This document shows positions 20,998-30,988 of a stretch of DNA of 64,000 bases, one piece after another. The notes under the pieces were generated by a model. It saw only the letters and a list, made by a program, of their open reading frames with translations. It was not told the origin of the DNA and made no database searches. The DNA is from a virus. Lineage: Duplodnaviria > Heunggongvirae > Uroviricota > Caudoviricetes. Both the position numbers and the translations under genes were made by a program. The stretch lies in the IMG/VR virus record IMGVR_UViG_3300048591_000212; one strand, 5' to 3'. Positions within the stretch are counted from its first letter, which is position 1. The number at the start of each line of letters is the position of its first letter.

Positions 20998-21780
20998 TTA
21001 GATACTCTTTAGCTCATTCTTGAAAGCATTTACGAAATCCTGAAGCAATTCCGGCTTCAGAACCCGAATGATTCTTTTATTCTGATTCTCGATTACTTCT
21101 TCGTCATACATTGATCGGCGGAATCTTCTCTGATCCTCGGCAATGAGGGACCATGTATCGATATCAGTTTCCATAAATTCCTTTTCGTCCACATGATGCT
21201 TCATGTAATATTTCACGAATGGAGGATGAATTTTCGCCACATCATTTTGCCCATCAGCCAGTTCATCTTCCAGAATTACCGAAAAGGAATAATTTGAAAT
21301 ATAATCTATTGTGTAGATTCCATTATACTTATTGCTGGATGAAAACCAGACGAAGGCTCGGCGTTGGTCCATAAACCCATGAGTATCAATTGAGGTAATC
21401 GTGCAAACATTTCCAGAAATTACATAAGAGGCATCAAATGGGTCCGAGAAGTTCTGAATATCCTGAAGAGATCCACCATACTTGTTGATGACATATTTCT
21501 GAAATTCTCTGGAATTCAAAGGCAAGTCCCATAAAGGATCTATTAGAGAATTCATATAGAGAATAATCCAGTAGTAATATGGGCTACCATAGAGTTTGTC
21601 ACTGACTGTTTCCAGTGTCTCAAATTCATTCATGGCATATTCATAATAATTTGAGGAATCAATGACTGAATCAGTCCGAAGGACGACTCTCTTGAATATA
21701 TCCGAAACAACTGTTTTCTTGCTGGCCCCCGGATTCAGTAGATCAGGATAGAGTAGATATTGTAATTCTGAAAAATACAT
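20998..21780 (-). CDS. hypothetical virion or baseplate assembly protein (260 aa)
   Basis: In late operon, TAATG overlap with upstream gene. Confidence 0.5.
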   Translation of the reverse strand: MYFSELQYLLYPDLLNPGASKKTVVSDIFKRVVLRTDSVIDSSNYYEYAMNEFETLETVSDKLYGSPYYYWIILYMNSLIDPLWDLPLNSREFQKYVINKYGGSLQDIQNFSDPFDASYVISGNVCTITSIDTHGFMDQRRAFVWFSSSNKYNGIYTIDYISNYSFSVILEDELADGQNDVAKIHPPFVKYYMKHHVDEKEFMETDIDTWSLIAEDQRRFRRSMYDEEVIENQNKRIIRVLKPELLQDFVNAFKNELKSI

Positions 21781-22721
21781 TAGAATCCTCGGTTAATTGA
21801 CTCTTTCGTGTGAACCACGGTTTCTCTAAATTTCAGGGCCAGATCGATCTCAACTGGCTGACCGTCAGTAAAGGTATTAAATTGATTCTTCTGACCAGAG
21901 TAATTCACATTCATGTCTTCCAAATAGCACGAAGAAATCTTATTCAACATGACATTTTCAACGGCCTTTCCGCCTTGGGATCGCCAGTAGGTAATCACGA
22001 ACAGAGAAGGAAACTTAAATTCCTTTCCATTGACAGCCAATTCTGGGTGCATCTGAAATCGAAACTCTTTCAGAATATTCTGAATTGTTCGGGACTCGTT
22101 TTGGTTTCTGGGAACAAGCCGGAAATTATAGTCAAAGGTTCTCATTTTCATATTCTTGAATAGCTGTTCGGAAACAGGATTATAGGCCGATCCTCTTTTT
22201 CCTAATTGCAGGGCAAAGATTTCGGTTGCACTCAAGGCACCAGCTACGCTCAATAGGGCCGACTTTGCTATGTCTCCTGATCGCTGCCACAGATGACTCA
22301 GGGACTCCTTTCCCACTCCCAACAAATCGACTCCTTCGGCCTGAATATAGTCTCTCATAAGACCCTGATCAATTTGCTGTAAATCTGCTGAATAGTTCAC
22401 CTTTACTTCATCTGGCATGTACAGAATAATATTTGAATCAGAAACTCTTCGATAGGTTCCTTGTGAAGACAGCCGAGGCAGAGTATACTGGTCAACAATT
22501 CGGGAATTTACTCCGTCATCAATGTCCACCACGGAACCGTCTGTGTTCCGAATTGTCCGAACCGAAGTGAACTGTTCGGTATCCGAAGCCAGCCGAACAG
22601 CCGAGAATATCATAAAATGAAAGGCATCATTATCTTTATTATTGTTGGTGCCAGTTTCTCGGACATAGGTATTTTGTCCCAAGTCATTTGGGAACACATG
22701 GGTTCTTGGTGCTGTTGCCAT
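21780..22721 (-). CDS. hypothetical late protein (314 aa; start re-assigned to MATAPRTHVFPNDLG)
   Basis: Track ORF 21780..22820 trimmed: the internal ATG at ~22721 lies 7 nt downstream of a T4-late-type TATAAATA box with no SD (predicted leaderless). Confidence 0.55.
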   Translation of the reverse strand: MATAPRTHVFPNDLGQNTYVRETGTNNNKDNDAFHFMIFSAVRLASDTEQFTSVRTIRNTDGSVVDIDDGVNSRIVDQYTLPRLSSQGTYRRVSDSNIILYMPDEVKVNYSADLQQIDQGLMRDYIQAEGVDLLGVGKESLSHLWQRSGDIAKSALLSVAGALSATEIFALQLGKRGSAYNPVSEQLFKNMKMRTFDYNFRLVPRNQNESRTIQNILKEFRFQMHPELAVNGKEFKFPSLFVITYWRSQGGKAVENVMLNKISSCYLEDMNVNYSGQKNQFNTFTDGQPVEIDLALKFRETVVHTKESINRGF

Positions 22722-22738
22722 ATAAGTATATTTATATG
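22721..22738. promoter_or_regulatory. divergent overlapping late-type promoters: TATAAATA (minus) and TATAAGTA (plus), each 7 nt from an ATG
   Basis: Near-palindrome CATATAAGTATATTTATATG; intergenic distance only 14 nt; no SD on either side. Confidence 0.5.
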
Positions 22739-23206
22739 AGACGAAGAGGCGGCTATATTCAAGGAACATTTCGGCCAAAAAATCCGGCAAAGTACCGAGG
22801 CAATCTGAATAATATAACATTTCGGAGTTCTTGGGAACTTCGTCTTTTTAATTATCTGGACCAGAATTCAAGTGTTCTCGAATGGAATTCCGAAGAGGTT
22901 GTTATTCCATATTTTTTTCCTCTTGATGGAAAATGGCACCGATACTTCGTTGACGCCTATGCAAAATTCCGAACTCGGTCTGGCGAAATTCAGAAATATC
23001 TGATAGAGGTAAAGCCAGAAAAGGAGACTCTGAATCCGGCCCTGAAGCCCAGAAAAAGACGGACAAAGTATTCTCGACTGGAAGAGGAAACCTATGCCAA
23101 AAATTCCTGTAAGTGGAAGGCCGCGACCGAGGCGGCGGAACTAAATGGCATGAAGTTTATTATTCTTACCGAAAATGAACTCTATAACAAGAAGAGACAT
23201 AAATAA
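22736..23206 (+). CDS. conserved small basic late protein (156 aa), possible head or tail completion-type protein
   Basis: Track ORF 22688..23206 trimmed to ATG ~22736, which lies 7 nt after a TATAAGTA late-like box; motifs NITFRSSWELRLFNYL, WHRYFVDAYAKF; it reminds me of a T4-like phage protein family I cannot name with confidence. Confidence 0.55.
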   Translation: MRRRGGYIQGTFRPKNPAKYRGNLNNITFRSSWELRLFNYLDQNSSVLEWNSEEVVIPYFFPLDGKWHRYFVDAYAKFRTRSGEIQKYLIEVKPEKETLNPALKPRKRRTKYSRLEEETYAKNSCKWKAATEAAELNGMKFIILTENELYNKKRHK

Positions 23207-23211
23207 GAGAT

Positions 23212-23823
23212 ATGCCGATCAATACACCGAACCCAGAAAGACGTGGTGGGTTCTCAGATTTCATCGCAAATATTAATAAGACCTCCTATGCTACCAAATA
23301 CAAGTACGAGGTTCAGTTTCTCTTTCCAGAATATTTTCGGACCAATTTTCTGACAAATGAGTCATTTCGATTTTTTAAGTATTCGGATTTCAAGACTGTA
23401 GACGAAATAAATCGATTTCGGTGTGTCGAGGCAGCATTTCCGGCACGAGTATTTTCGACAATTGATTATAGGTACAATGGTCCGGTTCGTAAGCAACCAT
23501 TCAATATTCAATTTGATGACGTGTCCTTTACGATTTTATGTAGTGAGGATCACCGAGAGAGATTTCTTTTTGAGGAATACTTTCAATTGGCCTATGACAG
23601 TAAGTATAATCTAAGATACAATGACGACATTAAATGTCCTGCCATCAAGATTTTCCAATTGGATCATACCGAAGAATACAAGACCCTAGAGATTGAACTG
23701 ATGGACTGTATGCCAGTTTCTCTGGAGTCCATGCCGCTGTCCTATTCAATTCAGAATGAACCACAGACCTTTCAGGTTAGATTTAATTTCAGAGATTACC
23801 AAACAAAGGAGCTTAATTATTAA
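23212..23823 (+). CDS. hypothetical baseplate or tail assembly protein (203 aa; gp26-like by size and position)
   Basis: ATG 6 nt after CATAAATA late-like box embedded in upstream gene end. Confidence 0.5.
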   Translation: MPINTPNPERRGGFSDFIANINKTSYATKYKYEVQFLFPEYFRTNFLTNESFRFFKYSDFKTVDEINRFRCVEAAFPARVFSTIDYRYNGPVRKQPFNIQFDDVSFTILCSEDHRERFLFEEYFQLAYDSKYNLRYNDDIKCPAIKIFQLDHTEEYKTLEIELMDCMPVSLESMPLSYSIQNEPQTFQVRFNFRDYQTKELNY

Positions 23824-23828
23824 AAATT

Positions 23829-24605
23829 ATGGCAAAGTTACCAAAACTACCAATTCCAAAGTATGACGTGATTCTTCCTTCCACTGGAAAAAAGATCGCT
23901 GTTCGGCCCTATTTGGCTAAGGAACAGATCATTCTTCTAATGGCTCAGGAATCCAATGACAGATCAGATATTATTTCCGCGATTAAGCAGGTAGTAAATA
24001 ACTGTATTCTGGACGACAGCGTGGACATTGATTCTCTACCGAGTTTCGATGTCGAATATCTTTTCCTGAAACTTCGGGGAATTTCTGTTAATCAGCAGAT
24101 CGAGCTAACCTTTTCCTGCACAAAGGAAATTAAGGGAAAGAAGTGTACCGGAACATTCGATCATGTGATTCAGATTGAGAATCTGGATGTAGATAAGAAG
24201 GTAAAGAAGGGAGATAATGTTATCAAATTGGTGGACGATTTCTCCATGATTATGAAGTATCCGACCTTTGATATTTTGGAATCTAATGCCAAATTCTTTC
24301 AGGGTCTTCTGGAATCCGAAGAGGAACAATCTAAAAAGGATCGCCTGTTTGGAACTTCCTTCAATATTATCTATGACTGTACCGAGTCCATCGTAAAAGG
24401 AAATGAAATTTATGATGTGCATAATGACTATACGAAGGAAGAATTTGGAGAATTTCTTGAAGGAATGACCGACGAAGTCTTTGAAAAGGTTCTTGGATTC
24501 TTCGATTCGATGCCCAAATTGAATTATGTAATTGAATTTAAGTGTCCTAAGTGCGGGGCCGAAGAGAGCATCGTTTTGAATTCTCTGCCGGATTTTTTCG
24601 GCTAG
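23829..24605 (+). CDS. hypothetical baseplate or tail assembly protein (258 aa; gp51-like by size and position) with C-terminal Cys4 zinc ribbon
   Basis: C-terminus KCPKCGAEESIVLNSLPDFFG; precedes tape measure. Confidence 0.5.
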   Translation: MAKLPKLPIPKYDVILPSTGKKIAVRPYLAKEQIILLMAQESNDRSDIISAIKQVVNNCILDDSVDIDSLPSFDVEYLFLKLRGISVNQQIELTFSCTKEIKGKKCTGTFDHVIQIENLDVDKKVKKGDNVIKLVDDFSMIMKYPTFDILESNAKFFQGLLESEEEQSKKDRLFGTSFNIIYDCTESIVKGNEIYDVHNDYTKEEFGEFLEGMTDEVFEKVLGFFDSMPKLNYVIEFKCPKCGAEESIVLNSLPDFFG

Positions 24606-24611
24606 TAGTTG

Positions 24612-24650
24612 GTTACGAGACTCTTCAGAACTATCTCGTAACTAACTTTT
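24612..24650 (+). terminator. hairpin GTTACGAGA-N13-TCTCGTAAC followed by TAACTTTT
   Basis: 9-bp stem after the stop of 23829..24605; possible attenuator before tape measure gene. Confidence 0.35.
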
Positions 24651-24799
24651 CGTTAATGCTTCATCATCATTATTCATTGACTGAATTGGAAAACATGATG
24701 CCTTGGGAGAGACAGGTGTATGTCCTTCTGACTAGTCAATATGTAAAGGAAGAAAATCAGCGAAGAGAACAGGAAAAACAGAAAGCCTTTGGATAAGAT

Positions 24800-27487
24800 A
24801 TGGCAGCAAAACTAATTAAAAGTGGTATCGCAGGAGCGGGGTCAATTGGAAAGGCAACCAAAGACCCCATGCTCTCTACATTGGCCTCTCTTTTCGAAGA
24901 ATTAGTTACCGAAATTGGAACTGATCGAAGAGAAAGAAAAAGAAAGAAATCAAACTTATTTGACTCGAATACTACTAGTGTTGTCACCAAGCCAAAGAAG
25001 TCCAAAAAAGTTCAGAGTCCAGCCGTTTCTTCTGTGGCGAAAAGATCCGCAACAACTCAGGCTGCTGTTTCCACCACACATATAGAAAATTCCTTTTCTG
25101 GAATGATTGCCACTCTTGGGGATATGTTCAAACAAAGTCTCCGAAGAGAACCCAAAGAAGAAAAGAAAAAGCGTTCGGACGGAAAATCCCGGTCATATTA
25201 TTCCGACAAAAGAGACAAGGATAAACAGCCGTCTGGTGCCTTGCTTCTTCGCCTAAACCGAAAGGTCTCTCGGACAAATGAATTATTAACCCAGATGAAT
25301 AAGAACATGGTTTCTGGTTTTAGGCTACTTCATGAGACCATGAAGGATTGTTGTGCTGGAAATTCAAATGGTGAGAAGATGATGGAACTGAAGAATTCCA
25401 TTGTGAATCTCAGCCGAAAGACTGCTATCTCCAAAAAGTCTGGTAAGCCTCTGGCTGGCGCTGCTCTGACTGCCGTTCTGGATCGGGCCGAGGAAAAAAG
25501 CCGGGATAGAGATTCGGCTATTGCCTCAATGCTGGAATCAATGATCTCAAAGGTTCCAACAAGAGCCGCAAAAAAGTCTGCGTCCAAGAAGAATAAGACT
25601 CTTTCAGAATCAGACCTAATCGAAAAAATCAATCTTCTGAATCGAGAGAAGTATGAGAAAATGTTCTCGGTATTCTTTGACCGAATGAAACTCGGTTTTG
25701 AAAAAACCGTCTCGGCTATTCTTTCCCTGAATAATATGTTTCTGACTAAAGTGGACGAGATTGGCAAAGAGGTCAAAGATCCAATTTTGTCAATGATCTC
25801 AAAATTCATTCCATTTATCTTCGGTACAGTCAAGGCTGCATGGAAGTTTATCTGGGGAATTCCAAAGACTTTGGTTTCAATTAAGGATATTCTGAGGGAC
25901 ACCAACCAGAAAATATCTGAACTAACTAAGAAAATCTCGGACGAAAACGAGCTTATTCGTGAATCAGTAAAGGGGACCAAGAGTGTTCCTTCGGTTCCGG
26001 CTGCTCCGAAAACCTCTGCTGCTAAAGAATCTAAGTCAGAGGGCCGAGGAATTTCTGGAATCGTTGACACTCTTTTGAATATTTTCACCCTAAAGGCTCT
26101 GGCTGGAAGAGGAGGGGCGGTCGTCGGAAAACTCGGAAAGGTACTTCCGTTTTTAGGGAAAATTGCTGGAAGATTGGGTCCGGTCGGAGTAGCCGCTGGC
26201 GTTGGTTATTCTGCCTATGACAAGTACAAGGAAACCGGATCTGTGGGCAAGGCAGCTACTACAGGAGGTTCGGCCTTGGGTGGTGCCATGCTTGGGGCCA
26301 AGATTGGTGCGGCTGGTGGTCCGGTCGGAATTGCTCTTGGAGCAGTGATTGGCGGCATTGCCGGAAACTTCATTGGGGACAAACTGGCCGACAATTTCTC
26401 TTCAATCAAGAAGAATTTTCTATCAATGTGGAATAGTACGTTTTCAGATTCAGCAAATATTCTGGACAAACTGAGTTCCTTAATGAAAGAATCTCTTTCG
26501 GATCTAGTTGAAAAGATGAAGACTATGTGGAATGGAGTGGTGAAAACTTTACCAGTTCCTTCGCTGTTTAAGGAGGGACTATATGTGGAGGAAACCCCGA
26601 AAAAAATTGATGTGTCGCCAGCACAGCAAGAACGAGTTGGGCCGGGAAATGAAATATATAAAGGATTGGCCGGGTCCAATGTAAATCCGGGCAATATTCG
26701 TCAAGGAAAGTCCAAGAAAAAGGACATATTTTTTGGGACAGTCGGTTTCGATGAAAAGGGGTTCAATAAATTTGAAAATGAATTATATGGAATTCGTGCA
26801 ATGTTTAGGCAATTTGAAACATACAAAAAGAGCGGAAAAGAAACTCCTGAACAAATGATTAAGACCTATGCTCCCAAAGCCGACGGAAATAATCTCGAAA
26901 AATACAGAATAAATTTAGAGAAACAAGGCGTTAAGTGGAATAAAAAACTGTCTACTGATCAGGAATTGATACAATTTGCTTCGGCTGTATCTAATGCAGA
27001 AAATTCAACACTACTTCTGGATAGATTCACCCAAGACCAATTACAATCAGTATTAAATTCTGCTAGATTAAATGATATTGCCGCCATTAGAAAATCATTA
27101 GAAAAAGTCGAGAAATCATCCACAAAACCGATACTTTCTTTGAAGCCAGATGGGACGGAATTGTCTTTGGATTCCAAGGAAAAACGGCAGCCGAATAAAG
27201 TGTCGGCCATTCCGAAAAACCTAAACATTAATCCAATCGGCCCGGTCGTTGAAGGACCATTCCTAAATGCCGAATCAGTGATTGCCCGCAATTCTCCAAC
27301 TCCGGTTCTGAGTATGAATCCTCCACCAATCATTGCGCCAACAATGATTAATAACATGAATGGTGGCTCCGGTGGCTCTGATAACTCATTTGGTCCGGTG
27401 GCGTCTCCGAGGTCAGTTGAGAATACCTTCGAAAAGGCTTCTCATGATAGCTTTACCTTATCATTATTCCGAACTCATTTAGCCTAA
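24800..27487 (+). CDS. tail tape measure protein (gp29-like), 895 aa
   Basis: Lys/Glu-rich coiled-coil N-half, Gly-rich segment GAMLGAKIGAAGGPVGIALGAVIGGIAGNFIG, position between assembly proteins and tube-like proteins. Confidence 0.75.
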   Translation: MAAKLIKSGIAGAGSIGKATKDPMLSTLASLFEELVTEIGTDRRERKRKKSNLFDSNTTSVVTKPKKSKKVQSPAVSSVAKRSATTQAAVSTTHIENSFSGMIATLGDMFKQSLRREPKEEKKKRSDGKSRSYYSDKRDKDKQPSGALLLRLNRKVSRTNELLTQMNKNMVSGFRLLHETMKDCCAGNSNGEKMMELKNSIVNLSRKTAISKKSGKPLAGAALTAVLDRAEEKSRDRDSAIASMLESMISKVPTRAAKKSASKKNKTLSESDLIEKINLLNREKYEKMFSVFFDRMKLGFEKTVSAILSLNNMFLTKVDEIGKEVKDPILSMISKFIPFIFGTVKAAWKFIWGIPKTLVSIKDILRDTNQKISELTKKISDENELIRESVKGTKSVPSVPAAPKTSAAKESKSEGRGISGIVDTLLNIFTLKALAGRGGAVVGKLGKVLPFLGKIAGRLGPVGVAAGVGYSAYDKYKETGSVGKAATTGGSALGGAMLGAKIGAAGGPVGIALGAVIGGIAGNFIGDKLADNFSSIKKNFLSMWNSTFSDSANILDKLSSLMKESLSDLVEKMKTMWNGVVKTLPVPSLFKEGLYVEETPKKIDVSPAQQERVGPGNEIYKGLAGSNVNPGNIRQGKSKKKDIFFGTVGFDEKGFNKFENELYGIRAMFRQFETYKKSGKETPEQMIKTYAPKADGNNLEKYRINLEKQGVKWNKKLSTDQELIQFASAVSNAENSTLLLDRFTQDQLQSVLNSARLNDIAAIRKSLEKVEKSSTKPILSLKPDGTELSLDSKEKRQPNKVSAIPKNLNINPIGPVVEGPFLNAESVIARNSPTPVLSMNPPPIIAPTMINNMNGGSGGSDNSFGPVASPRSVENTFEKASHDSFTLSLFRTHLA

Positions 27488-27499
27488 ATACTACAAAAC

Positions 27500-28135
27500 A
27501 TGTTCAATATCTCAAATTTCTTCGCCCAACAAAAACTCTTCGGTATCGCCAGAGCCAATTACTTTGAGGTTTATCTTGGTGGAGTTGGTCTAGTGGATGA
27601 TCTGGTAGCCAAGACATTTTCTCGAATTTACTGCAAGGCGGCGTCCATTCCTTCCATGAATCTGAACTATGTTGAGGTTCCTTTTCGGGGTCTTTTGGTT
27701 ACTTTGCCTACAACTCGATTTTATGATGAATGGCAGGTAACAGTCACCAACGACACGAATTTTGTTCTGAGGACTCGGCTGGAAAAGTGGGTGGAAGAGA
27801 TTAATGGAAAATTCGGTGTGCCGGAAAGAACTGGCCTGAATATTGCGAATATTCTTTCAATTGGAAATAATAATGAACAGGGAGTTGCCGACTTTGGAAG
27901 ACTATTGAAAGATGTATGGATTGTTCAATATGCAAATGATCGATTCATTCGGCCTACGGCAACCTACTTTCTTCGGGACGCCTTTCCGACAACGGTTACT
28001 TCGGCTGAGGTAGGATGGGATAATAATGATGCCACTCAGGACTATACGGTGTCCTTTCGGTATCAGTACCTAGAAAGAAAGAGCCTGAACGAATTGCCTT
28101 CGGAAATTCTGAATCAGATAAGGAATCTAGGATGA
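27500..28135 (+). CDS. tail tube-family protein, paralog 1 (gp48/gp54/gp19-like baseplate-tube initiator)
   Basis: Paralogous to next gene (shared ...TY.E W.VT...D......R...W....), directly after tape measure as gp48/gp54 are in T4. Confidence 0.55.
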   Translation: MFNISNFFAQQKLFGIARANYFEVYLGGVGLVDDLVAKTFSRIYCKAASIPSMNLNYVEVPFRGLLVTLPTTRFYDEWQVTVTNDTNFVLRTRLEKWVEEINGKFGVPERTGLNIANILSIGNNNEQGVADFGRLLKDVWIVQYANDRFIRPTATYFLRDAFPTTVTSAEVGWDNNDATQDYTVSFRYQYLERKSLNELPSEILNQIRNLG

Positions 28136-28740
28136 AAGACGGATTTAATTTAGAGAGCTTTCTTGGAGAAATAAAGAAGCATTCTTTCTCGAAGCCATAT
28201 TCATTTCGGGTTTCGATAGAGCCACTTTATTCAGAACATTCTAGTCTGTTGTCCTTGTACACGAAGGCCGCGACAATTCCAACTCATACCAACACGATTA
28301 CTAACCTACCACACAAGGGCCGAATCATGAAGGTGCCGGGAGAGAAAACCTATCCAGAATGGACCTGTACTATTATCTCGGACGAGACACATAAAATTCG
28401 GGAACTATTTGAAGATTGGTCCGACCTTATTAGCAAATCTGGAACGGGATTCAGAGAAGCGAAAAACGAAGGACGGCAAACATTAAATTCAATATATGGA
28501 CCAACAGTGTCGGAAGTATCAAAATATTCCAGCCATTATAGGGATGTGGTGATTGATCAGTTGGGGTCAGACAACACTATAGTCAAGACCTACACTCTAA
28601 GACAGGCGTGGCCCACGGTGATCTCCCAGATGGAATTGAATGCAGAATCTATTTCCAATACTCAGGATCTCACCGTGACCTTTGCCTACCAATACTATAT
28701 TATAGGCCAACCGGATGCGGTCTATTCTTCCATATCTTGA
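28132..28740 (+). CDS. tail tube-family protein, paralog 2
   Basis: ATGA overlap with paralog 1; similar length and motif order. Confidence 0.55.
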   Translation: MKDGFNLESFLGEIKKHSFSKPYSFRVSIEPLYSEHSSLLSLYTKAATIPTHTNTITNLPHKGRIMKVPGEKTYPEWTCTIISDETHKIRELFEDWSDLISKSGTGFREAKNEGRQTLNSIYGPTVSEVSKYSSHYRDVVIDQLGSDNTIVKTYTLRQAWPTVISQMELNAESISNTQDLTVTFAYQYYIIGQPDAVYSSIS

Positions 28741-29030
28741 TAACAAGGAGTTAGCGGTTCCATACCATAGATATCCGTGACATAATCAGGATCGAACTGA
28801 ATCCAGTGGTTGTGGTCCACATCGAAAGCCACGACATATTCTGTATGCCTATTTCCGGCACCAGATGGCACGCCATAATTAACAACGGCATCCGGGTTCC
28901 GAGTAATTTTGGCATACCTCACCGAGCCATCCTTCTTTTCGAACATCAGCCGAAGAATTCCGTTGGCGAGAACGTCCTTATATTTTTGAATTAAATCTAT
29001 CTTTGACTTATTCATTTTCACTTTCTCCAT
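28722..29030 (-). CDS. hypothetical protein (102 aa)
   Basis: ORF track; first gene of leftward early region. Confidence 0.4.
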   Translation of the reverse strand: MEKVKMNKSKIDLIQKYKDVLANGILRLMFEKKDGSVRYAKITRNPDAVVNYGVPSGAGNRHTEYVVAFDVDHNHWIQFDPDYVTDIYGMEPLTPCYQDMEE

Positions 29031-29445
29031 AAAAGTCGTTAGAGATCAACAGCATGATATTATGAATCGCCTTCAGAAGATCCTTGCGATTCTTACCGCC
29101 CTTCTTGCCGTACCGGGCAAGATATTCGATGGCATTTGAAATGTAACTGCCCTCGGCATGTCCGAGAGCAATGATCAGATCATTTACCTGAACTCCGCTC
29201 TTGCCGATATAGTGCTGATTGTAGGTGGACTTGATATATTCCTCAAGCTCGACCAAAATCTCGGCTTCGTTGTACTTTAGGTTGATATCGTTCTCCGGTG
29301 TTGGGACCGATGTCGTTTTCGGTGAATCTTCTCTTCCAGAAAATCTGTCCAACAAATCATGCTGAAATTCATAACTCAAATACTTTCTTGGATACATTCC
29401 TATTATTTCTCCTGTTTTCCTTTTCCATAATCCGTCACATACCAA
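29008..29445 (-). CDS. hypothetical protein (145 aa)
   Basis: ORF track. Confidence 0.4.
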   Translation of the reverse strand: MVCDGLWKRKTGEIIGMYPRKYLSYEFQHDLLDRFSGREDSPKTTSVPTPENDINLKYNEAEILVELEEYIKSTYNQHYIGKSGVQVNDLIIALGHAEGSYISNAIEYLARYGKKGGKNRKDLLKAIHNIMLLISNDFYGESENE

Positions 29446-29603
29446 CCACTGCCCTTAAATGAAAGTGGATTTGAATAATACTCAATCTTCTTCATTTTGT
29501 TTCCGCATTCGGCGCATTCGACGACACCATCCTGAGATGCAGTCGATTCATATCTCTCCAGAATATTACCACAAATGGGACACCGATATTCAAATACTGG
29601 CAT
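29403..29603 (-). CDS. FmdB-family zinc-ribbon protein (66 aa)
   Basis: MPVFEYRCPICGNILE...CAECGN: the CxxC-x17-CxxC signature of FmdB/CxxC_CXXC_SSSS. Confidence 0.6.
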   Translation of the reverse strand: MPVFEYRCPICGNILERYESTASQDGVVECAECGNKMKKIEYYSNPLSFKGSGWYVTDYGKGKQEK

Positions 29604-29604
29604 T

Positions 29605-29979
29605 TTATCTTCCTAACAGCATTTTCTGAATTTTCAAATATGACTGTCGATGAAACTCCGGTGGCGTCTTGTAGTATTCTGCCAGAGCCTTACACATCTT
29701 TTCCGTCCCCTGAATACTCAACGAGTGAACGAAAACCTTGGGAGACTTCGGCAGCTTCTTGGCCTCCATACAGTATTGTAGCACATCGAACCCCGTCTTG
29801 TCAAGTGGTTCATTACCCAAAGTTGCCTGTTCATCCAGATCATGATCCAGCCAAATTTCATCAAACCCATACTCCTCCAACAGCTTGACGGCTTCGTCAT
29901 AGGACCGGGCAATCTTCCAGTGGCCTATAAACGGGCACGGTCTCACATCATCCAACCACAAACCTCTAGCAGATTTCAT
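29605..29979 (-). CDS. hypothetical protein with receiver-like motif (WLDDVRP...DHDL)
   Basis: ORF track; motif resembles cyclic-phosphate-processing receiver-like domains; weak. Confidence 0.4.
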   Translation of the reverse strand: MKSARGLWLDDVRPCPFIGHWKIARSYDEAVKLLEEYGFDEIWLDHDLDEQATLGNEPLDKTGFDVLQYCMEAKKLPKSPKVFVHSLSIQGTEKMCKALAEYYKTPPEFHRQSYLKIQKMLLGR

Positions 29980-29984
29980 TCTTT

Positions 29985-30488
29985 TTATTTTCCTTTTCCG
30001 TAATGCGAAGATAGCATATCAGCATAATGAAACATCTGGGCCAAGGCAGTCTGAGGCTCTACCGGGCTTCCCCATTCTTTTCGTCCGTGGTGGGACAAAA
30101 GAATATGAGAGATTTCGTTTCTCTCCGTTCCGCTTAATTCGGTGGAAATAACGTCTTTCATATCTTCACAAAAGAGTTCATAGCCGCCAACGACATGACC
30201 AACCTGATCGGCCCAATTTGTTTTATTTCCAAATTCATCATACTCAAAGACCTTGCAATAATCATGATAGAGGGAGGCAATAAACAGAATACGAAGAATA
30301 GTATTTCTGTCTTCGATGTCCGTCTCTAATCCGTATGGAGAAAATTCGTATGGAGAATTTAGTGCCGGAAGAGAATCAATCATAGATTTCGCAATCTGAA
30401 ATACTTCATAAGTATGAACTACTAGACCACCGGGATAATTGTGATGATGATTTCTGGAGGCCGGGGCGCTCTTGAAATGGGGGGTCAT
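29985..30488 (-). CDS. HD-domain phosphohydrolase
   Basis: H...HD...K...H...D pattern: VVHTYEV, LYHDYCK, LLSHHGRKEWGSP. Confidence 0.7.
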   Translation of the reverse strand: MTPHFKSAPASRNHHHNYPGGLVVHTYEVFQIAKSMIDSLPALNSPYEFSPYGLETDIEDRNTILRILFIASLYHDYCKVFEYDEFGNKTNWADQVGHVVGGYELFCEDMKDVISTELSGTERNEISHILLSHHGRKEWGSPVEPQTALAQMFHYADMLSSHYGKGK

Positions 30489-30620
30489 AAAGTCTCTTAC
30501 ATAAGATATTCCGTAAATTCATGTGTCTCAGAAAAGGAGGATTGGCCGAGTTCTGAAATATTATAAGCATTTTTTGAAACGCCTGATCAATGATATCATT
30601 TGGTACTTTTCTTTCCATAA

Positions 30621-30913
30621 TTAAAAATCCGAGCCTCCTAGACTCATCCATGTGGTATCTTTTGTGAATAATGCTCCACAGGATTCACACCGATCCCGAT
30701 CTTTCCAAATCTGGAGCAATTCTTCTGGGGTGAGGGATTGACCTAAAAGGGCCTCTCGCTTCTTGATTCGATCCAGACACTCAAATCTCTTTTCAAAATA
30801 TTGGTCTTGTCTTTCACCACAAAGAGAACAATATGAACCGCCAGTTCCCACGTCGGTTACATTATGTTCAATTATGGCCTCTTTGTCATAATTCAGTAAA
30901 TCAGTTTTAATCA
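30621..30913 (-). CDS. small Cys-rich (zinc-finger-like) protein; start trimmed to MIKTDLL so as not to overlap tRNA
   Basis: CSLCGERQ...CESCGALF two CxxC pairs; track N-terminus (MAEQRT...) is antisense read-through of the tRNA-Thr gene. Confidence 0.45.
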
Positions 30914-30988
30914 TGGAGCCAGCGACAGGCATCGAACCTGCGACCTTCGCATTACAAGTGCGTTGCTCTGCCATCTGAGCTACGCTGG
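30913..30988 (-). tRNA. tRNA-Thr (anticodon UGU)
   Basis: Cloverleaf by eye: acceptor GCCAGCG/CGCTGGC, D-arm AGCTCAGATGGCAGAGC, anticodon loop CUUGUAA, T-arm GCAGGTTCGATGCCTGT, encoded CCA. Confidence 0.8.

Noticed and set aside
22688-22735. Track start of plus ORF 22688..23206 (MGTHGFLVLLPYKYIY)
   Set aside because: The extension overlaps the 5' end of the divergent minus gene and crosses the divergent late-promoter palindrome; the ATG at ~22736 sits 7 nt after a late-type box
25330-27357. Minus-strand ORFs 25330..26088, 26215..26694, 26959..27357
   Set aside because: They lie wholly inside the tape-measure gene on the opposite strand; the Gly/Ala/Pro-rich translations are typical antisense shadows of a Gly-rich gene
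30621-30974. N-terminal 20 aa of track ORF (MAEQRTCNAKVAGSMPVAGS)
   Set aside because: This stretch is the reverse-strand reading of the tRNA-Thr gene; the ORF was trimmed to the internal Met
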